Of a DNA stretch of 64,000 bases, positions 28,138 through 37,776 are shown piece after piece. The notes below the pieces were generated by a model. The model searched no databases. It saw nothing but the letters and a program-made list of their open reading frames with translations, and was not told the origin of the DNA. Origin of the DNA: an uncultured Candidatus Micrarchaeota archaeon (lineage in GTDB: Archaea > Micrarchaeota > Micrarchaeia > Micrarchaeales > CABMGC01); assembly GCA_963753785.1 (NCBI GenBank), contig CAVWDL010000007.1, positions 1 through 64,000 of the forward strand, given 5' to 3'. A program made the position numbers and the translations under genes. Within the stretch, counting starts at the first letter, position 1, and each line of letters opens with the position of its first letter.

Positions 28138-29609
28138 ATGCTTCAGGTGATTTGCGTGGGAATAGAAGAAGCGCTGAGGATGCTCAAGGAAAAGAATGTG
28201 AAGTGGGTCGACGTGCAGTTCACGGACCTGCTCGGCAAGCTGCATCACGTGACTCTGCCCTCGAAGGACTTCGACGAGAAGTGCTTCGCCGAGGGGTTCG
28301 GGAAGCTCGACGGCAGCAGCATAAGGGGCTTCACCGCGATAAGCGAGAGCGACATGCTCCTAGTCCCGGTCCCCGAGACGATGGCGATGATACCCTGGAT
28401 GGAGAACACCGCAAGGGTCATAGCGAACGTCAGGTGGGGCGGAGGGAGGGGAAGGTTCGAGAAGGACCCCAGGTTCATAGCGGAGTCCGCGGAGTCGCAC
28501 CTGCGGGAGAAGGGGTACGGCAGCTTCTTCGGGCCGGAGCTGGAGTTCTTCATATTCGACAAGGTGGAGCTCGACGTCTCAACCCCGCAGAGCGGCACGT
28601 CCTACAAGATAAGCTCGAGGGAGGCGCCGTGGCAGAAGTCGGGAGGCTTCATGGTGAGGTACAAGGAGGGCTACTACCCCACGCCGCCTGTGGACCAGCT
28701 GATGGGGATTAGGCTCGAGGCGGTCAACATGCTCACCGACCATTTCGGATTCACGATAGAGGCCACGCACCACGAGGTCGCGACCGCCGGGCAGGGGGAG
28801 ATAAACTTCACGTTCTCGACGCTGACCGATTCCGCGGACAAGGTGCAGACGCTCAAGTACGTGCTCAAGAACATAGCGGCCGCGCACGGCATGGTCGCGA
28901 CTTTCATGCCGAAGCCGATGTTCGGCGACAACGGCACGGGCATGCACACCAACTTCAGCCTCTGGTCCGCTGACGGGAAGAGGAACGAGATGTACGACCC
29001 GATCGGATGCGTACGCAGAGATGAGCCAGACGGGAAGGTACGCGATAGGGGGCATACTCAGCCACGCGAGGCGCGCTCTCCGCGATCTCGTCGCCGACGA
29101 CCAACAGCTACAGGAGGCTGATACCCGGATACGAGGCACCGGTCTACACCGCGTGGAGCAAGTCGAACAGGAGCGCCGTGATAAGGGTGCCTGCGTACTA
29201 CAAGGGGATGGAGAAGGCGAAGAGGATCGAGTACAGGGCTCCGGACCCTTCGGCGAACCCGTACCTCTCGTTCTCCGCGCTGCTGATGGCGGCGATGGAC
29301 GGCATAAGCAAGAAGATCGAGCCGCCCGCGCACGTTGACGAGAACATCTACCACATAAGCAAGGAGAGGAGGAAGGAGATGGGAATAGGCGAGCTCCCGA
29401 GGTCGCTTGACGACGCGGTCGACGCCCTGGAGTCGGACAGCGCATTCCTGAAGCCGGTCTTCGGATCGTCACTGCTCGACACGTACGTGGAGCTAAAGAG
29501 GGAGGAAGTCGCAGATGATGGCGCAGTACCCGCACCCGATGGAGCTGTACTACTACATGGACGTCTGAGAGGGAAGTTGGAAGGCAGGGCGGCCGCTGCC
29601 GCCCCCTGA
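28138..29609 (+). pseudogene. glnA: glutamine synthetase type I (GlnA), frame interrupted by two +1 indels about 60 nt apart
   Basis: The N-terminal and catalytic region ([25 protein letters not shown]... [18 protein letters not shown] ... NEMYDPIG) is in frame 1. [20 protein letters not shown] is in frame 2 (track 29021..). [64 protein letters not shown] is in frame 3 (track 29178..29609). The TATA is TTTTATAAATG at 28111-28128. The true start is probably the GTG at 28147 or 28156. Confidence 0.75.
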
Positions 29610-29655
29610 CCGCCCCAACGGAATTCTTATATACGGGGAAAAACACATTTCCTCC

Positions 29656-30016
29656 ATGGCAATAAACAGGAAGGCTAGCGCCGCCGAAAAGATCAAGGAA
29701 GCGGAGAATGCGATCCTGGATAGGCTTGACGACAAAGGGCTGATGACCGGAAAGCAGCCCCTGGAAGACATGCTCTACGACTTCGCGCGGGGGGCAGCGG
29801 GCAAGAAGAAACCGATAGGCATAGTCATCGCATGGGAACTGCGCATTCGATAATGCCATGCACAACCCCAACTATCCCAAGGAGGCGGTGTTTGAAGCGG
29901 ACAAGAGCTTTGACGCTGTGGTGGAAGCGACACTCGGGCCGGAGAACGTAAGTGAAGCGAGAGAGGTCAGGACCAATTTCAGAAAAAGCATAATGTCCGC
30001 GGAAAGGAAGGGCTGA
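29656..30016 (+). CDS. hypothetical small protein, possibly two fused fragments (29656..29853 plus 29858..30016)
   Basis: Track ORF MAINRKASAAEKIKEAEN... ends at 29853. An adjacent +1-frame ORF, MHNPNYPKEAVFEADKSFDAVVEATLGPENVSEAREVRTNFRKSIMSAERKG, is open from 29825. Confidence 0.3.
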
Positions 30017-30063
30017 ATCGTCTCACGACACGGACCAATCCTCGGTGAAACGAATCATCGGAC

Positions 30064-30081
30064 AATGCATAAATAGCAGGA
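30064..30081 (+). promoter_or_regulatory. BRE/TATA-like promoter consensus (CAATGCATAAATAGCAGG)
   Basis: It lies 25 nt upstream of the purC ATG. Confidence 0.5.
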
Positions 30082-30102
30082 CAGAGTGTAAGTCGTGATT
30101 CA

Positions 30103-31047
30103 ATGGAAAGCAAGATGGCGTTCGAGAGGGGCGAGGTCACCGACAGGAATGCGGTCCTTATGAGGGCGGATCTTCCGCTGGAGCTTCTGGGGCGCGGGAA
30201 GGTGCGCGACACCTACGTCCTTGACGAGAAGAGGCTCCTCATGGTCACAACGGACAGGATATCAGTGTTCGACAGGGTCCTTCCGGACGGCATACCCCAG
30301 AAGGGCAGGATCCTGAACCAGATGTCGACTTTCTGGTTCAACCGCACGAAGGAGATAATCCCCAACCACGTAATCTCCGAGGATATTGCGGACTCGTTTC
30401 CCGAGAGCAAGGAGTACGAGAGGGCCCTCTATGGCCGCAGCGTCATAGTCAAGCACGCGGAGCCATTGGAATTCGAGTGCATAACGAGAGGATACCTCAC
30501 AGGAAGCGGGCTTGCCGACTACAACAGGACGGGCGCAGTCTGCGGAATAGAGCTTCCCAAGGGCCTCATAGAGGCGTCGAAGCTGGACGAGCCGATATTC
30601 ACCCCGTCCACGAAGGCGAAGACGGGGCACGACCAGAACGTCCCGTTCGAGAAGATGGAGGAGAGCTTAGGCTCTAGGCTCGCGGGTGAGATGAAGTCTG
30701 CGACCCTTAAGATCTACAAGGAGGCCTGCACCTACGCGGAGCAGCACGGAGTGATCATAGCTGACACGAAGCTAGAGTTCGGGATTCTTGACGGGAAGCT
30801 GATAGCGATAGACGAGATGCTCACGCCGGATTCATCGAGGTACTGGCTTTCTGAGGGATACGCTCCGGGAAAGGTCCAGCCGAGCCTTGACAAGCAGCCG
30901 GTGCGCGACTACGTGAAGAGGACATGGGGCGTCGATGGCGAATGGTCCCGCCTCCCTGAGCAGATAATCGAGGAAACCACCGGAAGGTACAGGGAGATAC
31001 ACTGGCGCATCACGGGCCACGACCTGAAAGGGGAGCTGCGCATATGA
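30103..31047 (+). CDS. purC: phosphoribosylaminoimidazole-succinocarboxamide synthase (SAICAR synthetase)
   Basis: The motifs GKVRDTY, LLMVTTDRISVFD and IIADTKLEFG are present. Confidence 0.85.
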   Translation: MESKMAFERGEVTDRNAVLMRADLPLELLGRGKVRDTYVLDEKRLLMVTTDRISVFDRVLPDGIPQKGRILNQMSTFWFNRTKEIIPNHVISEDIADSFPESKEYERALYGRSVIVKHAEPLEFECITRGYLTGSGLADYNRTGAVCGIELPKGLIEASKLDEPIFTPSTKAKTGHDQNVPFEKMEESLGSRLAGEMKSATLKIYKEACTYAEQHGVIIADTKLEFGILDGKLIAIDEMLTPDSSRYWLSEGYAPGKVQPSLDKQPVRDYVKRTWGVDGEWSRLPEQIIEETTGRYREIHWRITGHDLKGELRI

Positions 31048-31070
31048 GCCAAGAAGGCGAAGTCTTCCGT

Positions 31071-31583
31071 TTACCTTTTTTCCTTTGCCAGAAGTTCGCC
31101 GTTAGCGACGGCGACGTTCAGGCTCCTGACGCCTCCGTAGGCGCAGTTGGTGAACACCCGATACGTCCTTCCGCTCTCAGATTTTATCCTCTTCTCGAAC
31201 CTATCCGCGGCCGACGCGGACCTTGTGAAATCGCAGCCGAGGCGCGACGCTATAGTTTTGGCTTCGTCCTCGCTGAGCATCCCGGAGATTAGAAGAGGCT
31301 CGAGGCCGTACCTCACGAGTTCGGATTCGTTCGCAGACCTGTGCGCCTTCGGGAGGGAGATTATGCTGACTCCCTCCGCGCCCTGATGGAACGACTGGTT
31401 CCTTGCCATCCTCGACTTCGTCTCTGTGAAGAAAGGCAGCAGGTCGGAGACCCTGTTGAGGTTTATCTCCGAATCGGGAGACCTCTTCAGGAGGTCGTTC
31501 AGCTTGGAGATCGCATCATTGCTCTCCAGGAACTCATCGCTCGCGCTGGACTCCCTTATCGCTCTCCCGGCATGCCTGTCCAT
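31071..31583 (-). CDS. hypothetical protein, member of tandem paralog pair
   Basis: It shares DLLPFxxET, AGVSIISL, LVRYGLEPLL and RVFTNC with 31654..32232. The promoter CCGCCAATGCTTAAATATCCCGGAAAAGG is on the minus strand (plus 31606-31634). Confidence 0.5.
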   Translation of the reverse strand: MDRHAGRAIRESSASDEFLESNDAISKLNDLLKRSPDSEINLNRVSDLLPFFTETKSRMARNQSFHQGAEGVSIISLPKAHRSANESELVRYGLEPLLISGMLSEDEAKTIASRLGCDFTRSASAADRFEKRIKSESGRTYRVFTNCAYGGVRSLNVAVANGELLAKEKR

Positions 31584-31653
31584 CTGGCCTCACTATCTCA
31601 GCATTCCTTTTCCGGGATATTTAAGCATTGGCGGTATTTTCGCAGCGCCGCCG

Positions 31654-32232
31654 TCAGGCGGTTCCGGAACGCAGCTTCTCGGAGAATGCCTTCGCTGCCG
31701 CGCTCTTCTCCTGCTTCTCCACGACCGCCAGATTGAAGTTCCTTGAGCCCGACGGGGTGCAGTCGGTGAAAAGCCTGTAGGTGATCCCATTCAGCTCGAC
31801 CTCCTTGTCGAACCCGTTCACGTTGTTGGTGGCCCCGATGAAGCTCACCTTGCTGTACCAGTCGACTATCAGCTCCGCCTCCTTTGCCATGAGTATGCCG
31901 GAGCCAAGCAGCGGCTCGAGGCCGTAACGCACCAGCGTCTCCTCCTTCGTCCCATAGATCCCGGTAAGCGAGATTATGCTGACGCCAGCGGTCTCGTTCG
32001 AGTACGGCTGGCCGTTGGGCTTGAACTGCGGCTTTGATATCCTCGCCCCAGTCTCGACAACGAAAGGCAGAAGGTCAGCGATCCTGCTGTAGTTCAGCAT
32101 CTGATCCGCGTTCTGCTTCAGCGCATAGTTCCACAGCCTGACGATGTTCTCGTTGTCGAAGAACTCGTCGCTCACTCTTGAATCTCTCCTTGACTCAGTA
32201 GCGTATCTAATCATCCGTTTCACAGCATCCAT
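31654..32232 (-). CDS. hypothetical protein, member of tandem paralog pair
   Basis: Paralog of 31071..31583. The promoter CGGAAATACTTAAATATCCCGGAAGGG is on the minus strand (plus 32236-32264). Confidence 0.5.
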   Translation of the reverse strand: MDAVKRMIRYATESRRDSRVSDEFFDNENIVRLWNYALKQNADQMLNYSRIADLLPFVVETGARISKPQFKPNGQPYSNETAGVSIISLTGIYGTKEETLVRYGLEPLLGSGILMAKEAELIVDWYSKVSFIGATNNVNGFDKEVELNGITYRLFTDCTPSGSRNFNLAVVEKQEKSAAAKAFSEKLRSGTA

Positions 32233-32320
32233 TTCCCTTCCGGGATATTTAAGTATTTCCGAGGTTTTTGTTGGGAGCGGAACCCGTCCCTGCTTTTAAT
32301 AATCTAACTTCCGAATATCC

Positions 32321-34189
32321 ATGAAGCCGGGCGGCCGCGGATCCGGGCTGCCCATTTCGTGGTGCATTATGGAGAAGATGGATTTAGGCAGGACGCTCAT
32401 GCTGCTGGTCGCGATCTGCGATCTCGGGATGGCGTACATGCTCTTCACAAACGAGCAGTACCTCTCGCTCGCGGCCAGCCTGGGCATCTTCGCGCTGGCG
32501 GCAATCTCATTCTCGATCTTCATCTCCCTCTGGTCTAGCGGGAGGGCAGGCGGATCTGGAATCGCTATCGCCGCCCTGGCGTCCCTGCTGATCGGAATCT
32601 ACGAGATCTCATTCGAGCTCGAGTCATCCATGGTGCTCTTCGCCATACTCCACTCCTCCCTGTTCGTGATCGCGGGAGCAACCCTCTCGGGACTGCTGGC
32701 GTATGCGGCGGGAAGGGCGATCGGAAAGGCGAAGGGGCTGAGGCTCTGCGTTGCGATAATCGCGGTCGCGGCGGTCATAACCATCCTCGCCTTCTCGGTG
32801 ATGTACATCGCGCACCCCGTGGCGCTTCCGGTGGAGGACGAGGTCATCTACACCTACTACGCCTCCTACCTCTTCGTGCACGGCCAGAACCCCTACGTCA
32901 GCGGCATGGGATACATAAACAGGCTCTACGGCACGGTGCCAACTCCGCTGCTCAACGGCAATTATGAGAACTACTACGGATACCCCGCCCTCAGCTTCAT
33001 CGCGTTCTCATTCGTCCCTCTCCTGGGCCTAAGGTCGCTTAGCTCCTCCTCCGCCCAGTCGTTCAACATATACACGGCCCTCGGGATACTTCTCGACATA
33101 ATCACGGTGCTCGTGATCTACCGCAGGTCCGGATACGACAGGAAGGCGCTGCTCGCCTGCTGGGTCTGGCTGGTGGTGGCGTTCGGTTTCATAAGCAGCA
33201 CAACCTATTCCCTTGCGCTGCTCCTCGTGGTGATCGCCTACATGGAGAGGCACAGGAAGGCGCTCTCCGCGGTGCTCCTGGGGCTCGCGGCGAGCACGAT
33301 ACAGTTGGTCTGGTTCCTCCTCCCGTTCTTCTACATATTCTCCCTGAGGGAGGGCGGATGGAAGGCGGCCGCGAAGGCTATCGCCATCTCGGCGATCACT
33401 TTCATCATAGTGAATTCGTATTACCTGCTCTTCTCCGCACCGCAGTTCCTGACCAGCGTCTTCGGACTGCTCGGCCTGCATCCTGTGGTCTTCTACGGAG
33501 CGGACATACTTCAGCTCAGCACCGCCTTCTACCCGCTTCCCTACTGGTACGCGGGATTCGCGACCGCATCGGTGTTCCTGCTCATGATGGCACTATTCTA
33601 CGCATACGGGAAGAGCCTTGCGCCCCTGCTCGCAATCTCCGCGATGCTCATCTCCTTCCTTTCGTGGAGGAACATCTCCCAGTACGGGATTGCGGTCATA
33701 CCTCTTGTGATCGCGATCTACTTCTGCGCCGACGGGATCGGCAGGAAGGACCAGGATCTACTCAAGAGCAGGAGACCCGCGGCATATGCGGCTGCCGCGC
33801 TCGTGGTCCTTCTCCTCGCGGTCGCTATCTACGCGCACGACGGCTACGTTAGCAAGCAGGGCATCTCCATAAACGGCGTGGTTCCGAGGATCTCATACGT
33901 CCAGGGCGGTAACTTCTTCGTGCTCCTCGGGCTGAACATAAGCGCTTCCAACAAAGAGGCGGTAGCAAGGAACGTCTCCTTCTTCATCGTCAGCAAGGAC
34001 CCGAACTACATGACCTACGCCCTGGGCGGCTCGTTCCCGGAACTCGCTTCAGGGTCGAGCGCGGTCTACGAGACCAACGAGACGCTGGTCGGCGTCAGCA
34101 ACGGCACCCAATTGTTCATAACCGCGTTCACTGACGACTACATGGTCAGCAGGCAGCTCAACCTGACAGTGAAGGCTCCTGGCCGATGA
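32321..34189 (+). CDS. large polytopic membrane protein (about 14 TM), possibly GT-C-type glycosyltransferase-like
   Basis: Many hydrophobic helices carry aromatic-rich extracytoplasmic loops. The C-terminal extracellular domain has sequons. The box CTTTTAATAATC lies about 25 nt upstream. Confidence 0.45.
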   Translation: MKPGGRGSGLPISWCIMEKMDLGRTLMLLVAICDLGMAYMLFTNEQYLSLAASLGIFALAAISFSIFISLWSSGRAGGSGIAIAALASLLIGIYEISFELESSMVLFAILHSSLFVIAGATLSGLLAYAAGRAIGKAKGLRLCVAIIAVAAVITILAFSVMYIAHPVALPVEDEVIYTYYASYLFVHGQNPYVSGMGYINRLYGTVPTPLLNGNYENYYGYPALSFIAFSFVPLLGLRSLSSSSAQSFNIYTALGILLDIITVLVIYRRSGYDRKALLACWVWLVVAFGFISSTTYSLALLLVVIAYMERHRKALSAVLLGLAASTIQLVWFLLPFFYIFSLREGGWKAAAKAIAISAITFIIVNSYYLLFSAPQFLTSVFGLLGLHPVVFYGADILQLSTAFYPLPYWYAGFATASVFLLMMALFYAYGKSLAPLLAISAMLISFLSWRNISQYGIAVIPLVIAIYFCADGIGRKDQDLLKSRRPAAYAAAALVVLLLAVAIYAHDGYVSKQGISINGVVPRISYVQGGNFFVLLGLNISASNKEAVARNVSFFIVSKDPNYMTYALGGSFPELASGSSAVYETNETLVGVSNGTQLFITAFTDDYMVSRQLNLTVKAPGR

Positions 34190-34241
34190 GTGGCCCGTTC
34201 GGACAAAATCTAAATAAAGGGGAATCGCTCCAGACCATCTC

Positions 34242-34880
34242 ATGACCGCTAAGCTAAAGGGTGGAGAGCAGATGGTCAAGATAGTCCAGACCAAGGAGGA
34301 CAGCTTCGGCGTATTCCCGACCGCGGGGGTCATGTTCGACATGGTGATGGAGGCAAGGAGGCGCGATGCAATAGACGCAGGATTTTCGGAACAGAACGAT
34401 GCGCCTCTGATAATATGCCAGACGGGCGTCGAGGCCAATGTGATGGAGGTGCTGTTTGACTCCAGGGACAGGGCACAGCGGCTCATCCCTTCGGTATATT
34501 CTGATGAAAGCATCATAAGGGTCAGTGGGGACGTCAGGAGGAGCATCCACCTTCTGGAGGGGAATGACCATGCCACCTTCGTGTTCAGGTTCGAGGCTGA
34601 CGCTGAGATGCAGGCCAAGCTGCAGGAAAGGTACGGATACCACGGAGTGGAGGAGACCACGAAGGCGATATGCTTCAGGAGGGAGGAATGGAAGATGGGA
34701 AGGGAGAACGCCCTGTTCTTCGCAGCATACGACCCGAGGGGGTTCGTGGACATGACTGTTCAGCACTATCCCCTGAAGTGCGAGGCAAAAGTAATGGCAA
34801 GGGTGAGGAGGGAGGCGGAGGAGATGGAGACGGTGGCGAGCAAGTCCCCCGCACCCGCCTATCTGAAAGTGATGCGCTGA
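34242..34880 (+). CDS. hypothetical protein
   Basis: The TATA (CTAAATAAAGGG) is about 25 nt upstream. The antisense ORFs 34049..34753 and 34254..34913 were rejected on composition. Confidence 0.45.
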   Translation: MTAKLKGGEQMVKIVQTKEDSFGVFPTAGVMFDMVMEARRRDAIDAGFSEQNDAPLIICQTGVEANVMEVLFDSRDRAQRLIPSVYSDESIIRVSGDVRRSIHLLEGNDHATFVFRFEADAEMQAKLQERYGYHGVEETTKAICFRREEWKMGRENALFFAAYDPRGFVDMTVQHYPLKCEAKVMARVRREAEEMETVASKSPAPAYLKVMR

Positions 34881-34945
34881 ACGGATCCCAAGGGCACCGC
34901 AGCGGGCGCGCATATTTTTAAATATCCTGAAGAAGCAGACTTAGC

Positions 34946-35515
34946 ATGGGCAAGGAGAGCGAGGTCGCAATACTCGACATAGACAGGAAGGAGGTGGCCA
35001 GGCGCCTGCGGGAGCTGCACGCGAAGCGCACTGGCACCTACGCGTTCAGGCGCATGGAGTTCCTGCTCAGGGGTAGCGTCAAGGGCACGCACTCGTGGGG
35101 CAGGGTGCGCACTGACGGGAAGGAGACTACGATCACACTTAAGGAGATGCACGGGAAGGGGGGATTCACCTCGATGAACGAGTACGAGGTCGGCGTGGAC
35201 GACTTCGAGGAGGCGATGAGGATGATGGACAGGCTAGTCCGCCCAAAGCTCGCAACCTACTTCGAGAACACGCGCGAAGCCTACTCGCTCGGCAGGGCGC
35301 AGGTCACTATAGACAAGTGGCCCGAGATACCCGCATTCGTGGAGATAGAGGCGCCCACAATGGACGAGGTGAAGAAGGCCTACAGGCTGCTGGGGATAAA
35401 GGGCAGGCTCGTCGGGAACTCCCCAATCCACAAGATATACGACCTGTACGGCCTGAAGTTCAAGGAGGTGATGTCCAAGAACGAGCCGGAGCTTAGGCGG
35501 ATCCTGAAAGGATAG
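34946..35515 (+). CDS. CYTH-domain protein (class IV adenylyl cyclase / triphosphatase-like)
   Basis: An N-terminal EVAILDIDRKEV... ExExK-type beta-strand pattern and the overall 180 aa size fit the CYTH family. The TATA is TTTTTAAATATCC. Confidence 0.5.
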   Translation: MGKESEVAILDIDRKEVARRLRELHAKRTGTYAFRRMEFLLRGSVKGTHSWGRVRTDGKETTITLKEMHGKGGFTSMNEYEVGVDDFEEAMRMMDRLVRPKLATYFENTREAYSLGRAQVTIDKWPEIPAFVEIEAPTMDEVKKAYRLLGIKGRLVGNSPIHKIYDLYGLKFKEVMSKNEPELRRILKG

Positions 35516-35523
35516 CATCCACG

Positions 35524-35853
35524 CTACTGGAAGAGGCGCAGCTGGTGATGGTGCATCCTGTGGGGCATCGGGCGGCGCAGGGGCCTGTTCATCTCCGCCT
35601 TCGCGGCTCTCTTGAACGAGTCGTTCTTCTGCGTCCTGAACCTCTTGGGCTGCTTGGAGAACGCGAGGCCAAGGCCGGCGACCACCACGAACACGACACC
35701 GATCGCTATGTCAGGAAGGATGGAGGTGGAGTCTGTGGCAGCGGTGGCGGAAACGGCAGAGCCGGAGGAGCTGGTCGCGGCGACTATCCCCGCACCGGTG
35801 ATCCCTAGCACTAAGAGGACACCCAACAGCTCCAGCATTCTCAAGTCTTTCAT
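35524..35853 (-). CDS. small membrane protein (2 TM), hypothetical
   Basis: Internal ATG (MKDLRMLELLGVLLVLG...). It has a basic C-terminal tail. Confidence 0.4.
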   Translation of the reverse strand: MKDLRMLELLGVLLVLGITGAGIVAATSSSGSAVSATAATDSTSILPDIAIGVVFVVVAGLGLAFSKQPKRFRTQKNDSFKRAAKAEMNRPLRRPMPHRMHHHQLRLFQ

Positions 35854-36056
35854 CTCATCACGCAAACATTCCATTCGGGCAAGGCGCCACCAGCGCCAAA
35901 CTGCTTAACGGAGGATTAGACGATTATGAAGTTTAAAAGCACCAGCACCCGGTCAGGTGAATTCCAGTATTAGAAAGATTAGTGGCACAGGCATCTTGCA
36001 GCGTCCCGGGCCTCGACGGACCGGAAGACGGCCGCGAGCACAGACCCATCAGCGCT

Positions 36057-36650
36057 TCAAGGGGGCGTCCTCGCTGTCGTGGTGGGCGCCGTTGTCGTGC
36101 CCCTTGAGCTTATGTCTTTGATCGGAAGCGGCGCTGGCGCAGTCGTAAGCCCTGACACCACTGACGAGACGGTGTTCCCGCTTACCGTCGTGGTCGAAGA
36201 CCTCGTGGATACGACGGTAGACGCGAACCCGCTCGGATTGACCGCGCTGGCGGGCGTGGAAGTCGGTGTCGAAGTGACCGTGGAGAGCGTTGGCTGCGTT
36301 GGGATCGGGGAGGGTCCCGTACCTGATGAGGAGGACGCCGTAGTCGTTACGCTGGAATTCGAGAGGTTTGTTGAGTTGACGCAGGGAGCGGTCTTCTGGG
36401 GTGATGACCAATTGAAGAGAGAATATAGCCAAGTCACGAAGGCAGACCACCAATCAGTCGATTTGGGAGTGCAGACGGGAATAATTGTAGAGGTGACCGA
36501 TGTCGACGTCGACAAAGTCGAAGAGGCCAAGGAGTTGGAAGGAGCCCCGCCACCTCCTATTTTGCTGGCGTCGGCCGCATAGGAGATCGCCATCATCAGC
36601 AGTAGCGACATCGAGAACACGAACAGCCGATGCGAAAGTTTTCCCTTCAT
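36057..36650 (-). CDS. secreted S/T-rich protein, truncated paralog of the Cys-rich-domain family (C')
   Basis: A signal peptide is present. The N-terminal IPVCTPKSTDWWSAFVTWLYSLFNWSSPQK is homologous to the same region in 36782..37753 and 39437..40273. Confidence 0.5.
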   Translation of the reverse strand: MKGKLSHRLFVFSMSLLLMMAISYAADASKIGGGGAPSNSLASSTLSTSTSVTSTIIPVCTPKSTDWWSAFVTWLYSLFNWSSPQKTAPCVNSTNLSNSSVTTTASSSSGTGPSPIPTQPTLSTVTSTPTSTPASAVNPSGFASTVVSTRSSTTTVSGNTVSSVVSGLTTAPAPLPIKDISSRGTTTAPTTTARTPP

Positions 36651-36781
36651 TCCAACGCATCCCATACACTGATAATGTATTAAAATTCACTCCTCTGTCT
36701 CTTTCTTGACTTCCCGAAGGGCAGGATTTCCAATGCACTTGGATTATTTGAGATAAGGCAGTCAGATGAGCTCCGTCCCCG

Positions 36782-37753
36782 CTAACGGTAATGCCTTACG
36801 GTCGTCGTAGGCGCCGTCGTGGTGCTTATTATCTTCATGACCGAATCCTCGCCCACTGTCGTGGTCGATAGCGTCGTGGAGGAGGAAGAGGTGGTCGTCG
36901 AAGTCGTTGAAGGGGCAACGCTTGTGGAAGTGGAAGTCGACGTCGAAGTGGACGTTGATGTGCTCGTGGATGTCGTCGACTCGGAAGTGGAGGTTGAGGT
37001 TGACGTGGAGGTCGTCGTGGACGAGCTCGTGCTCGTTGAGGTCGTAGGCTCGGTCGAGACCGTTGAAGTGGAAGTCGAGGAGGATGTTGTCGTAGTTGAA
37101 GGCTCCCCTACGGAGTAGGACAGCGTCGTGTTTGCCGCAGCGCAGTGGTTGTTAGTGTCCGTTATCGCTTCGCACTCTGCGGTATACGTGCCCGCTTCCA
37201 TTCCGGAGCAGCGGAAGATCGCGTCGTTTCCGGTCCAGTTTATCCATTTGCACTCCTTGTGCTGGTCCTTCGCATACGCGTTGATGCAGTTGAAGCTCTG
37301 GTTAGTCGCAGGGCACGCTATGGTGAAGCTCGAATTAGGAGCAGGAGATACCGGAGACACTACAGGAGTTCCGAGTCCTGTGTTCACGGGAGGGATCGTC
37401 GTAGTCACTGTGATGCAGTCCTTGTGCTTCTGAGGGGGAAGGAACCAGTTGAAGTGGGCGAAGTGGCCGTCCTTGTTGAACTTTGACGAGAACCATCCCC
37501 AGCCCCATGAGTCATGGTCGTCAGAGCATGAAGGCACTGTGGTTGTTGGCAGGGTGATCGTTGTTGAAGTCGAAAGTGTGGATGATGTAGATGTCGAGGT
37601 CGAGGTGCTTGTAGTGGAGAGTGTGCTTGAAGTGGTGGTGTAGTTGTATGTGGCGGTTATCGTTACGCTGCTTGTCTGCGCAGATGAGACGGCCAGCATC
37701 GCAACTAACGCCATCGAGAACACCAATACCGAATACGACGATTTTTTCTCCAT
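36782..37753 (-). CDS. secreted protein with conserved 6-Cys domain and S/T-rich tail (cassette gene C1)
   Basis: A signal peptide is present. The domain IPPVNTGLGTPVVSPVSPAPNSSFTIACPATNQSFNCINAYAKDQHKECKWINWTGNDAIFRCSGMEAGTYTAECEAI is shared with 39437..40273 and 59025..61481. Confidence 0.55.
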   Translation of the reverse strand: MEKKSSYSVLVFSMALVAMLAVSSAQTSSVTITATYNYTTTSSTLSTTSTSTSTSTSSTLSTSTTITLPTTTVPSCSDDHDSWGWGWFSSKFNKDGHFAHFNWFLPPQKHKDCITVTTTIPPVNTGLGTPVVSPVSPAPNSSFTIACPATNQSFNCINAYAKDQHKECKWINWTGNDAIFRCSGMEAGTYTAECEAITDTNNHCAAANTTLSYSVGEPSTTTTSSSTSTSTVSTEPTTSTSTSSSTTTSTSTSTSTSESTTSTSTSTSTSTSTSTSTSVAPSTTSTTTSSSSTTLSTTTVGEDSVMKIISTTTAPTTTVRHYR

Positions 37754-37776
37754 TCTAACACACCTTCATACCATGA

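Noticed and set aside
28579-29871. 430 aa minus-strand ORF
   Set aside because: It lies entirely antisense to glutamine synthetase and is extremely Arg/Pro/Ser-rich.
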